A stretch of DNA of 64,000 bases from assembly GCA_965223545.1 (NCBI GenBank), contig OZ245006.1, positions 4,192,001 to 4,256,000 on the forward strand, given 5' to 3'. A model generated the notes under the pieces. That model was not told the origin of the DNA. It saw only the letters and a program-made list of their open reading frames with translations, and did not search any database. Positions 40,546-49,229 of this stretch are shown piece after piece (position 1 is the stretch's first letter; each line of letters begins with the position of its first letter). The DNA is from Planctomycetota bacterium. GTDB taxonomy: Bacteria; Planctomycetota; UBA1135; UBA2386. Made by a program: the position numbers and the translations under genes.

Positions 40546-40549
40546 GTCG

Positions 40550-41308
40550 TCACCCCGGCGGTCCGGGCGTTGCTTCGGCCGCCGTGGGCTTGAAGCGCCC
40601 CAGCTTGTACTTGGCCATCACCTTGAGACAGCGCAGCCCGTAGACCACCGGGTTGAGGTGGGACTCCTCGTCGGCGTAGCGCGTCGGGATGGCCAGCTCG
40701 TCGACGGTGAAGCCGCGTGCTCTTGCCGAAGCGATGACTTCGAGGTCGAAATCGAAGTAGTAGCTCAGGCGTTCGAAAGGGATCTGCTCGACGGCTCGGC
40801 GGCTGTAGAGCATGAACCCCGAGTGGTAATCCGTCATGCGCAGCCCGAAGGTCTTGTTCTCCATCCAAGTCAGGACCTTGCCGGCGACGTACTTGTAGTA
40901 CGGCATCCCCCCGCGCAGGGCGGTGCCGTCCTTGTGTCGTGACCCTTGCAGCACGTCGATGCCGTGCGTGGCCATGTGGTCGATGAACTCGACGACCTTT
41001 TCCGGGGGGTACTGTCCGTCGGCGTGTAGGCACGCGACGTAACCGGCCTCGGCCTCGGCAGCGCACTGCCGCAGGCCCTCGCGCACGGCGGCGCCGTAGC
41101 CGCGGTTCTCTGCGAACCGGACGACGCGGACTTGCTCGTGTGCGGCGGCGATGCGCTCGGCGACCTCTTGGGTGGCGTCGGCGCTGCCGTCGTTGATGAT
41201 GAACGCCGCCGTCAAGCGTCGCCAGAGCTCGTCGGGAAACCGATCGAACACGCCGTCCAAGGTGCCGCTCGCGTTGTACGCGGGGACGAAGACCGCGCAG
41301 CGGTTCAT
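40550..41308 (-). CDS. GT2 glycosyltransferase (polyprenol-phosphate glycosyltransferase-like)
   Basis: VPAYNA, INDGSAD, NRGYG, LHADGQY, GSR, TDYHSGF and IPTRY motifs. Confidence 0.88.
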   Translation of the reverse strand: MNRCAVFVPAYNASGTLDGVFDRFPDELWRRLTAAFIINDGSADATQEVAERIAAAHEQVRVVRFAENRGYGAAVREGLRQCAAEAEAGYVACLHADGQYPPEKVVEFIDHMATHGIDVLQGSRHKDGTALRGGMPYYKYVAGKVLTWMENKTFGLRMTDYHSGFMLYSRRAVEQIPFERLSYYFDFDLEVIASARARGFTVDELAIPTRYADEESHLNPVVYGLRCLKVMAKYKLGRFKPTAAEATPGPPG

Positions 41309-42681
41309 GCTTCACCACCCGTGGGATCCGGCGTCGAGCCACCGCCGCGTCGGCCGGCGAGCAAAGCCAAGCCGGCGGCGATCGCGGTGAACAGCGGTAC
41401 GTCGAGCTCGCTGCGGTAGCGCGGCAGCGCGGTGGTATTGGCCGCGGCTCCAATGATGGCGAGGATGCACAGAGCGAGGCCGATCAACACCACGTGCGCA
41501 CGCCTGCGACGGCGCACGGCCAGCCAGAACCCGCCGACCAGCGCGATCGTCGCCACCGCGGGAATCACCAGGCGGAACAGGACCTTGCCGGCTGCCACCC
41601 CCCAGTGGCCTTCTGCCGTCACTTGGTCGAGGCTGCGGTCGACCCTTCTCTGGTAGTCCTCGTCGAGCCAGGTGAAGTCGTAGCCGCCGAGGACACGGCT
41701 CACCAAGAGGACGCCCTCCATGGCGTAGCGCCCAGGGCGCGCACGCATGCTCTCCCTGGCGACCTCGAGAAACTCCGCATCGATCGCTGCCCGCGGCATG
41801 CCCTGCTGGAGCAGCCGAATGTAGATCTGCCACTGAATCTGCAGCGCCAGCGACGGCCCCAAGTGCGGATGGTCGGGAAAGTCGTCGCGGAGATCTCGGG
41901 CTTGGTCGCGGATGCGGACGCCGTGCTCGCCCTCCGGCGCCAGGTGCCAGGTGCGCAAGAACAGCTGCATTCCCGACAGGCAGGCGGGGGCGAAGAAGCC
42001 GTGCCGCACCTGGTTGCGCACCATCCAAGGCAGCACGATCACGGCAGTCATCAGTACGACCGCGCCGGCGCGACGCCAGCGGTGCAGCCGCTGGCCCTGC
42101 ATGGCGAACAGCGCGGCCGGGAATGCCAGCGCCGCCCAGGCGCCGCGGGTCAGTCCCAACACGCCGAAGCAAAAGCCGGCGAGCGCGCACCACCGCGCGC
42201 TGGCGCGGTCGATGCCGCGGATCAGGGTGGCGATCGCCGCCACTAGCATGATTTGTTGCAGTGGTGAGGAGTAGAGCTCGCGCAAGGTGGCCAGCTGATC
42301 ACCGTCGATCGCCCACAACCAGGTGACGATGGCGGCGGCGACATGGTTGCCGGGCAACAGCCGACGCAGAATCCACAGGCCGATGAGCATCGCCGCGATC
42401 GACGCACAGGCCCAGAAGCGCAGCAACGGCACCAGATCGCGGCCGAGCAGCTCCATGCTGAGCATGAGCGCGAACGGAAACCCCGGTTCGCGCGACTCGT
42501 TGGTGTACACGCCGGTGTCCCGCAGCTTGACCGCCGCGTCGTAGTACTCAGCGGCGTCCCACCGAATGGGGGGGATCTCGAACCACTGGGGACAGAGCCG
42601 GAGCACCGCACCCACCGCAATTCCCGCCACCACCAGCCACAGGACCCACTTCGGCTGCGGACGCTCAGCGCGGGGTTGCAT
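41305..42681 (-). CDS. Multi-TM GT-C / ArnT-like glycosyltransferase
   Basis: WDAAEY after the first TM, REPGFP, many TMs, PWMVRN and PRYR motifs; overlaps the GT2 gene. Confidence 0.65.
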   Translation of the reverse strand: MQPRAERPQPKWVLWLVVAGIAVGAVLRLCPQWFEIPPIRWDAAEYYDAAVKLRDTGVYTNESREPGFPFALMLSMELLGRDLVPLLRFWACASIAAMLIGLWILRRLLPGNHVAAAIVTWLWAIDGDQLATLRELYSSPLQQIMLVAAIATLIRGIDRASARWCALAGFCFGVLGLTRGAWAALAFPAALFAMQGQRLHRWRRAGAVVLMTAVIVLPWMVRNQVRHGFFAPACLSGMQLFLRTWHLAPEGEHGVRIRDQARDLRDDFPDHPHLGPSLALQIQWQIYIRLLQQGMPRAAIDAEFLEVARESMRARPGRYAMEGVLLVSRVLGGYDFTWLDEDYQRRVDRSLDQVTAEGHWGVAAGKVLFRLVIPAVATIALVGGFWLAVRRRRRAHVVLIGLALCILAIIGAAANTTALPRYRSELDVPLFTAIAAGLALLAGRRGGGSTPDPTGGEA

Positions 42682-44062
42682 GCCAGACCCTGCGCGACAG
42701 GAGCGTGCCGATGAGCGCGACCGGGATCATTGCGATGGGCCACGCCATCCAATTCGCCGGATCCGCCGCCGCCGGCCCGTTGGGCAGCGTGGCCCAGTAG
42801 GTCAGAGACATGACGCCCGTGCCGGCATAGACGAATCCGTCGATGATGCCGACCGCCGTGCCCGCGTTCTTGCGCCCGCCGAAATCCATGCTCGCCGTGC
42901 CCGACAGCATCCCGTGCACGCCGATCACGCACAGGGACATGACGACGACCAGCGGGCCCAACGCCGGAGTTCGATAGAGGAACGCCAGCAGCACCGCGCC
43001 GATCAGCATGGCCGAATACAACAGCGCGGCGACCGGCCCGCGCCGGGACTGGAACACTCGATCGGAGATCACGCCGGCGACCACGCCGCCGAGGATTCCC
43101 GCTGCGCACAGGAGCATGCCCCAGTTGTCGTAGACGAAGCCGCCATCACCCTCGGTCTGTTTGATGAACGTGCGGTACCACTGCATGATCGCCTGGCGGA
43201 GGAACCCGCTGCAGAACTCGATCAGCGCGATGGTCAGGATCACCGGGTTGCGCAGCATCATCGCGAACACCGCCGCCGCTCCGAGCCGGCGGTCGTCTTC
43301 CGGCGAGGCCGCGTCGCCGGTGTCGAAGTCGGTGTGGCCTGCCTGTCCCGGTGTGTTGCGCACCACGATGACGATGACCACCGAGAACACCGCCAGCAGA
43401 ACCGCCGGCACGAAGAACACGGCCTGCAGTGGCCAGACCTCGAGCAGCATCCTGCCGACGTCGAAGGCGAAGTAGATGCCGAGCGAGATCAGGATTCCGA
43501 AGATCGCGCCGAACACGCCCCGCTCGCGGACGTGGAACCACGGTGCGTTGCACTTGACGATGGCGACCGCGCCAAAGCTCTGGAAGTACATGTTGGTGCC
43601 GTACAGCAGCACCAACCAAAGCTGGAGTTGTTCGGCGGACGGCCGGTCGGCGATGTCGCGGCCCAGGATGTCCATCGTCAGCCAGCCGGTCAGCGCGTTG
43701 CAGGCCAGCGAACCGAGTGCTCCGGCCAGGATGGCGGCCTTGCCACCAAAGCGATCGGTGAGCGGCCCGTTGAGCACGAACGCGCAGCCGTAGACGAACG
43801 TGCCGACGCCGAAGATCGTCGCGAAGTGCGCGTTGTCCATGAGCCCCAGATCCTGGAACTCGTCCTTGGCGACGGTCAGGTTGTAGCGCCCCATGTAGAG
43901 GAACGCGTAGGTCAGCCCGAGCGGCAACCAGTTGAGCACTCGCCGTCGCCGATAGCTCGCCGACAGATCGAGCCCTTCGACCCGTGGCAGCCGCGCGATC
44001 ACGACCGCGACGACCGCCAACAGGATCAGGATGGGGAGGAAGTTATCGAGCCAGGTGGGCAT
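42665..44062 (-). CDS. MFS transporter, organophosphate:Pi antiporter (GlpT/UhpT-like)
   Basis: YAFLYMGRYN, GPLTDRFGGK, WFHVRERG and GTAVGIIDGFVY motifs; ATG 44062. Confidence 0.82.
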   Translation of the reverse strand: MPTWLDNFLPILILLAVVAVVIARLPRVEGLDLSASYRRRRVLNWLPLGLTYAFLYMGRYNLTVAKDEFQDLGLMDNAHFATIFGVGTFVYGCAFVLNGPLTDRFGGKAAILAGALGSLACNALTGWLTMDILGRDIADRPSAEQLQLWLVLLYGTNMYFQSFGAVAIVKCNAPWFHVRERGVFGAIFGILISLGIYFAFDVGRMLLEVWPLQAVFFVPAVLLAVFSVVIVIVVRNTPGQAGHTDFDTGDAASPEDDRRLGAAAVFAMMLRNPVILTIALIEFCSGFLRQAIMQWYRTFIKQTEGDGGFVYDNWGMLLCAAGILGGVVAGVISDRVFQSRRGPVAALLYSAMLIGAVLLAFLYRTPALGPLVVVMSLCVIGVHGMLSGTASMDFGGRKNAGTAVGIIDGFVYAGTGVMSLTYWATLPNGPAAADPANWMAWPIAMIPVALIGTLLSRRVWHATPR

Positions 44063-44285
44063 CAGGCGGGACCGCGTCAAAGAGTAGTGGCAACGCCTGG
44101 CATCCCAAGGCCGTGCCATCGAGGTTTCCGCCCCGCCGGCCGCCGCCGCCTCTCTTTCCGGCTGGCCGGCGCAGCCCGGTCCGGCGTGGTCGATCGGCAG
44201 CAACCGAGTCTTGAGCCACCGCTGGCGCCACCTACCATGACCCCTTTTCCCCATTCCGCGGCCGGTCCCCCCCGGGCGCCGTTCC

Positions 44286-45944
44286 ATGACGATTGCGCAA
44301 GAGCTGGCCGACGCCCTCGGCCTCGAGAACGTTCGCTACAAGGAGAACCTCGACAAGGAGGCCCTGTTCCACGAGGCGATCGCCAACGATCGCGGGCGGG
44401 TGGTAAAGGACGGCCCCGACGATGCGCAAAAGGCCTTCCCGACCAAGCTGGGAATCAACGGGCCGCTGGTGTTCTACACCGACCCGAGCTGCACCGGGCG
44501 CCCGGTGCAGGACACTTTCGCGGTGGCGTGGCCGGAGCTGGAAGACGAGGTCTGGTGGAAGAAGGACTTTCAGAAGTTCGACCCCGCCAAGTTCGAGGCG
44601 CTGTTGCGCCGCGTCGTCGAGCACCTCAACGGCAAGGGAGCGAGTCTCTACGTCAAGGATGTGTACTGCGGTACGGACCCCGAGTATGCCGTTCCCTATC
44701 GGTTCGTCGGCGAGTACGCGACGCACGCGCTGTTCGTCCACAACATGTTCCCCAAGGGGATCCAAGGGGTCGGCGACGAGTCCGGCAAGCGTTGGACGTT
44801 GCTCAACGTGCCGACGTTCCACTGCGACCCGGACCGGGATGGCACGCGGTCGGCCCGCGTGGTCGTCGCCGACATGAAGAACCGCATCGCGCTGGTGTGC
44901 GGGCGCGCTGACTACTGCGGCGTGAACAAGAAGATGATGTTCACGGTGATGAACTACATGCTGCCGAAGATGGGGCACTTGTCGATGCACTGCTCCGCCA
45001 ACGTCGGACAGGGCGGCGATGGCGCGATTCTGTTCGGCCTGTCGGGAACCGGCAAGACCACGCTCTCCGCGGATCCCCACCGCGAGCTCATCGGCGACGA
45101 CGAGCACGCGTGGACCGCGAGCGGGGTCAGCAACCTCGAAGACGGTTGCTACGCGAAGCTGATCGACCTGGACAAGGAGGCCGAGCCGATCATCGCCGCG
45201 GCGTTGTCGATGCCCGGCACCCTGGTCGAGAACGTGCCGCCGCTGCCCGGCCGCAAGATGGAGGACACCGATCCACAAGAGCTGGACCTGACCGACTCTT
45301 CGATCACCGAGAACACCCGGTTCTCTTATCCGCTGACCTGCAATCCGAACGTCGCGGCGGGCGCCAAGGGGCCGCACCCGGAGACGATCGTGCTGCTCAC
45401 CGCCGACGCGTTCGGGGTCCTGCCGCCGGTCGCGGTGCTGACTCCGCGCGACGTGATGTACCACTTCGTTTCCGGCTTCACCGCCAAGCTGGCCGGCACC
45501 GAGGTGGGGATCACCGAGCCGGTGGCGGCGTTCAGCGCCTGCTTCGGTGCACCATTCATGGCGCAGAAGCCGCCGGTGTACGCGAAGCTGCTCGCCGACA
45601 AGATGAAGAAGCACGAGACGCGCTGCATCTTGCTCAACACCGGCTGGGGCGGCGGCCCGTACGGGACCGGCAAGCGCATCTCGATCCAGCACACGCGCGC
45701 GCTGCTCGATGCCGCGCTCCGCGGCGATCTCGACGAGGGCAAGGTCGAGTACGAGCAGCACTCCGTGTTCAACCTGTCGATGCCGAAGAGCTGCCCGGGA
45801 GTGCCGGCCGAGATCCTCAATCCGCGCAACACGTGGGCCGACAAGGAGGCCTACGACGCAGCGGCGTCCAAGCTGCGCGACATGTTCCGCGAGAACTTCG
45901 ACAGCAAGGGTTTTGCAGCGCTGGGTCTCGAGCCGGTGATGTAG
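44286..45944 (+). CDS. pckA: Phosphoenolpyruvate carboxykinase (ATP)
   Basis: SMHCSAN, FGLSGTGKTTLS, IGDDEH, GCYAK, TENTR, DAFGVLPP and FSACFGAPF motifs. Confidence 0.96.
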   Translation: MTIAQELADALGLENVRYKENLDKEALFHEAIANDRGRVVKDGPDDAQKAFPTKLGINGPLVFYTDPSCTGRPVQDTFAVAWPELEDEVWWKKDFQKFDPAKFEALLRRVVEHLNGKGASLYVKDVYCGTDPEYAVPYRFVGEYATHALFVHNMFPKGIQGVGDESGKRWTLLNVPTFHCDPDRDGTRSARVVVADMKNRIALVCGRADYCGVNKKMMFTVMNYMLPKMGHLSMHCSANVGQGGDGAILFGLSGTGKTTLSADPHRELIGDDEHAWTASGVSNLEDGCYAKLIDLDKEAEPIIAAALSMPGTLVENVPPLPGRKMEDTDPQELDLTDSSITENTRFSYPLTCNPNVAAGAKGPHPETIVLLTADAFGVLPPVAVLTPRDVMYHFVSGFTAKLAGTEVGITEPVAAFSACFGAPFMAQKPPVYAKLLADKMKKHETRCILLNTGWGGGPYGTGKRISIQHTRALLDAALRGDLDEGKVEYEQHSVFNLSMPKSCPGVPAEILNPRNTWADKEAYDAAASKLRDMFRENFDSKGFAALGLEPVM

Positions 45945-45950
45945 GCGCGG

Positions 45951-47027
45951 TCACGCGCACTCGCGGGCGATCTCGAGGAAGCGCGCCGCCGACTGGCTCC
46001 AGCTGTAGCGCGCGGCGCGGACGCGTCCCTTCGCCGCCAGCTCGTCGCGATAGTCGTCGTCGCCGAGCACGCGGCGCAAGGCGGCGGCGATGTCGTCCTC
46101 GTCGTTGGGGTCGACGTAGTGGGCCGCATCGCCGCAGACCTCGGGCAAGCTGGTCACCTTGGAGGTGATGACGGGGCACCCCTGGCTCATCGCCTCGATC
46201 GGGGGGATGCCGAAGCCCTCGTAGTGTGACGGGTAGCAGAACACCCGCGCACCGCGATAGAGCCGGGCGAGTTCGCGGTCGGAGACATAGCCGGCGAGCT
46301 CGACGCGCGGGTCCTCCAACAGTCGGGCCAGCTCGGGCTGGCGGCCGTAGACCGAGCGGTCGGCGGAGCCGACGATGACGAGCCGCACGGTGGGGTCCTC
46401 GATCTGGCGGAAGGCCCGCACCAGGCCGGCGAAGTTCTTGCGCTTCTGCAGAGTGGCGACGCCCAATACGTAGCTGCCGTCTGCCGCTGCATCGCCGCCG
46501 TTGGCCAACCCGGCTTCGTCGTCGTTCGTCAGCAGCGTGGGCGACACCGCGTTGTAGACCACTTCGATCTTGTCGGCGGGGATCCCCAGGTGTCGCACGA
46601 TCTCCGACTTGGAGAACTCGCTCACCGTGACCACGCGCTCGGCCCGTCGACAGAGGCGCGGCACGAGAAAGCCGTAGTAGTGGTAGAAGCCGCGGGATAC
46701 CCAGTCTCGGTGCAGGAAGCACACATCGTGCACCGTCACGATCGTCGGCTGATAGCGGAGTGGCGCGGTGAAGGTGAGGCCAATCAAGAGTGGGTTGCCG
46801 CGGGCGCGCAACGCGCGCGGCAAGTCGAGCTGCTCCCACGCGATCCCGCGCCGGCGACCGACGACCTCGCAGCCGAGCTCGGCGGAGAGTCCGGCGTCGT
46901 GGGTGTCCGCTGAGCCGATCAACCGCACGGCGGGGTCGAGCCGGCGCATCTCGCGCGAGATCTCGACCGCGTAGCGCTGGGCGCCCGTGATGCGGCGGCT
47001 CAGGAAGCGCGCGTTGATGCAGATCAT
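45951..47027 (-). CDS. GT-B family 4 glycosyltransferase (mannosyltransferase-like)
   Basis: INARFL...TGAQRY, TVHD, TVSEFSK, RKN and [15 protein letters not shown] motifs. Confidence 0.9.
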   Translation of the reverse strand: MICINARFLSRRITGAQRYAVEISREMRRLDPAVRLIGSADTHDAGLSAELGCEVVGRRRGIAWEQLDLPRALRARGNPLLIGLTFTAPLRYQPTIVTVHDVCFLHRDWVSRGFYHYYGFLVPRLCRRAERVVTVSEFSKSEIVRHLGIPADKIEVVYNAVSPTLLTNDDEAGLANGGDAAADGSYVLGVATLQKRKNFAGLVRAFRQIEDPTVRLVIVGSADRSVYGRQPELARLLEDPRVELAGYVSDRELARLYRGARVFCYPSHYEGFGIPPIEAMSQGCPVITSKVTSLPEVCGDAAHYVDPNDEDDIAAALRRVLGDDDYRDELAAKGRVRAARYSWSQSAARFLEIARECA

Positions 47028-47082
47028 GCCGATTTGAGACTAAGCAACCCGTCACGGTGCGCCGATAGACGGGTGCCGTCAA

Positions 47083-47793
47083 GTGCGACACGCCCTCGCC
47101 GAGGGGCGTCGTTCTGTCGGGTCTTTCAACGTCTCTGGGGACAAGGGTTTGGCTGGTTGGTTCGCGGTAATGGCCATCGCAGTGGTAGTTGCGGTGACCA
47201 AGACTCTCATCGACATCTCTCAGGCGGAGATGTCGAGGTTTGCTCCTGCTGAGGAGCCGATCAGCCTCGACACCGACCCGGAGGGGTTTCGCGGGCGCGT
47301 CGAGTTCGACACGTGGGTCGATGGGCGCCAGTGCTTGGTCTTTCAGATCCGCGGCGTGATCCCCGGGGCGCACGGCGACTGGCTCGGCTCGTTCGAGATC
47401 GGCGCGGTCGATCTCAGCGGAGACGAGGCCGTTCCGGTGCGATGCTCGGTCGCGGACTTGCGCGCGCCGGTCAGTGGCGCATTCCGATTCCGCACCGAGC
47501 CGCTGATGCTGGGTGAGATGGCCTGGATCGATGGCTGGACCACGCTGGTGCGGGTGCCGGTCGACTGCTTCCGCTTCCCCGGCAGCGGCGAGCGCCGCGT
47601 CTGCGTGTTCTTCGGCGTCTGCGACTCCTCCGAGGCGGACGCGATCCGTTGCCACGATGAGGTCGAGGTTTCGGTGTCGGCGCCGGACGTGGATGCGCTG
47701 CCGTCGATCGGTGACGTAGACTTGAACGTCATGGACGCCGGCCGGCTCGCGCGGGAGCTGACGGCGCCGCGCGCGACCGGGGCAGCACACTAG
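47083..47793 (+). CDS. Hypothetical protein with N-terminal TM anchor
   Basis: Fills the gap between two glycosyltransferases; hydrophobic WFAVMAIAVVVAV. Start could be 47083 or 47170. Confidence 0.55.
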   Translation: MRHALAEGRRSVGSFNVSGDKGLAGWFAVMAIAVVVAVTKTLIDISQAEMSRFAPAEEPISLDTDPEGFRGRVEFDTWVDGRQCLVFQIRGVIPGAHGDWLGSFEIGAVDLSGDEAVPVRCSVADLRAPVSGAFRFRTEPLMLGEMAWIDGWTTLVRVPVDCFRFPGSGERRVCVFFGVCDSSEADAIRCHDEVEVSVSAPDVDALPSIGDVDLNVMDAGRLARELTAPRATGAAH

Positions 47794-47846
47794 TCGAGTC
47801 GGCGCGCGCTTGACGGCGCCAGCACCCCCTTCCAACCTAACTGCAC

Positions 47847-49100
47847 GTGTCCACCGCCGACGCAGCCCCGGCCTCGGTCTCGCCGCGCAACGCGGACAAA
47901 CCGTGCATCGTGATCACCTACCCGTATCCGGTCGGGCAGCGGGCGGCGGGTGGTCCGCGGACGCTGAGGGAAGTCGCGTTTCAGCTGACGGCGCAGGGCG
48001 CGGACGTGATCGTGATCTCGGTGTCCACCAACGCGCTCACCCGGCGGTTTCCGCGCAAACCGATGGAGCACAAGTACCTGGGTGAGGAGTGGGACGCGGT
48101 GTTCGCGGCGCACGGCGTCGAGCTGATTCGCGTTCCGCAGGATCGCTGGCTCTATCTCTGGGATGGGCGTCCGGTGCTGCGCGAGATGCGCCGCTTGTTG
48201 GCCCGGCGCCGTGTCGACTTGGTGCTCGGACACTATCACGAAGCGGGCTACCTGCCGGATTTCCTCGCGGCAAGGGGGATTCCGTTCGGCTACTTCGCCA
48301 CCTGGCAGACCTACGCCCCGCTCGCCGCCGAGCCGCGCAGCTGGGCGGGGAGAATGCAGAAGAGCATTCGCGATCGCGTCATCGTCGAAGCGCACCGGAA
48401 GGCGGACATCCACTTTGCCATTTCCGAGTTCACCAAGCGCGAGCTGATCGAGGTGTTGGGGGTCGATCCCGATCGAATCGTGGTCGCACCGCTCGGTGTC
48501 GAGCGCAGCTTCTTGGAGATCCCACGGCAGAGGCCGCAGAAGATCCGCAACCTGCTGTTCTTCGGGCGCATCACCTGGACCAAGGGGTTTCAGGACGCGT
48601 TCGAAGCGCTCGGCCAGCTGCGCCGACAAGGTGTCGAGGACTGGCACCTGCGACTGATCGGCGAGTGCCGCCCGGAGATGGTCGAGGGGCAGGCGAAGAA
48701 GTTCGGCGTGTCGGACAAGATCACCATCGATGGCCCGTTCGACGACGCCGGGTTGCGGCGCGAGCTGCGCGAAGCACACCTCGCCGTGTTGCCTTCGCAC
48801 GCCGAGTCGTTCGGACACGCGATCGTCGAAGCGCAGGCCTCGGGCCTGGCGGTCGTCGCCTATGCCACGGGTTCGGTGACCGAGGTGGTCGCCGATGGCG
48901 AGACCGGTTGGCTGGCGCCGTTCCGCCAACGGGAGGCGCTGGCGACCTGTCTGCAGCAGGCGCTCTCCGATCCGGACCGCTGCTACCGCAGAGGACTCGC
49001 CGCTCGCGAGCGGGTCGCGTCCCTGTATCAATGGGAGCACACCGCCGCCGCGATGCTCGAAGGCCTACGCGATCTCAAACCTGAAAGTACGGAGCCATGA
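47847..49100 (+). CDS. GT-B family 4 glycosyltransferase
   Basis: AISEFTK, FFGRITWTKG and PSHAESFGHAIVEAQASG motifs. Confidence 0.9.
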   Translation: MSTADAAPASVSPRNADKPCIVITYPYPVGQRAAGGPRTLREVAFQLTAQGADVIVISVSTNALTRRFPRKPMEHKYLGEEWDAVFAAHGVELIRVPQDRWLYLWDGRPVLREMRRLLARRRVDLVLGHYHEAGYLPDFLAARGIPFGYFATWQTYAPLAAEPRSWAGRMQKSIRDRVIVEAHRKADIHFAISEFTKRELIEVLGVDPDRIVVAPLGVERSFLEIPRQRPQKIRNLLFFGRITWTKGFQDAFEALGQLRRQGVEDWHLRLIGECRPEMVEGQAKKFGVSDKITIDGPFDDAGLRRELREAHLAVLPSHAESFGHAIVEAQASGLAVVAYATGSVTEVVADGETGWLAPFRQREALATCLQQALSDPDRCYRRGLAARERVASLYQWEHTAAAMLEGLRDLKPESTEP

Positions 49101-49229
49101 GGGTACGGTGAAAGTACGGAGCCAGGCTCCCGTTCATCACTTGGCCAGGCCAGCCGCCCAGGAGGAGGTTGTTGAGCCAAGTGATGAACGGGAGCCTGGC
49201 TCCGTACCCTCATGGCTCCGTACCTTCAG
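49081..49229. repeat. 149-bp long hairpin (REPIN/MITE-like) between convergent genes
   Basis: Perfect 32-bp IR 49114-49145 / 49176-49207 and 28-bp IR (one mismatch) 49081-49108 / 49202-49229; TGAAAGTACGGAGCCA is directly repeated at 49082 and 49109. Confidence 0.9.
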
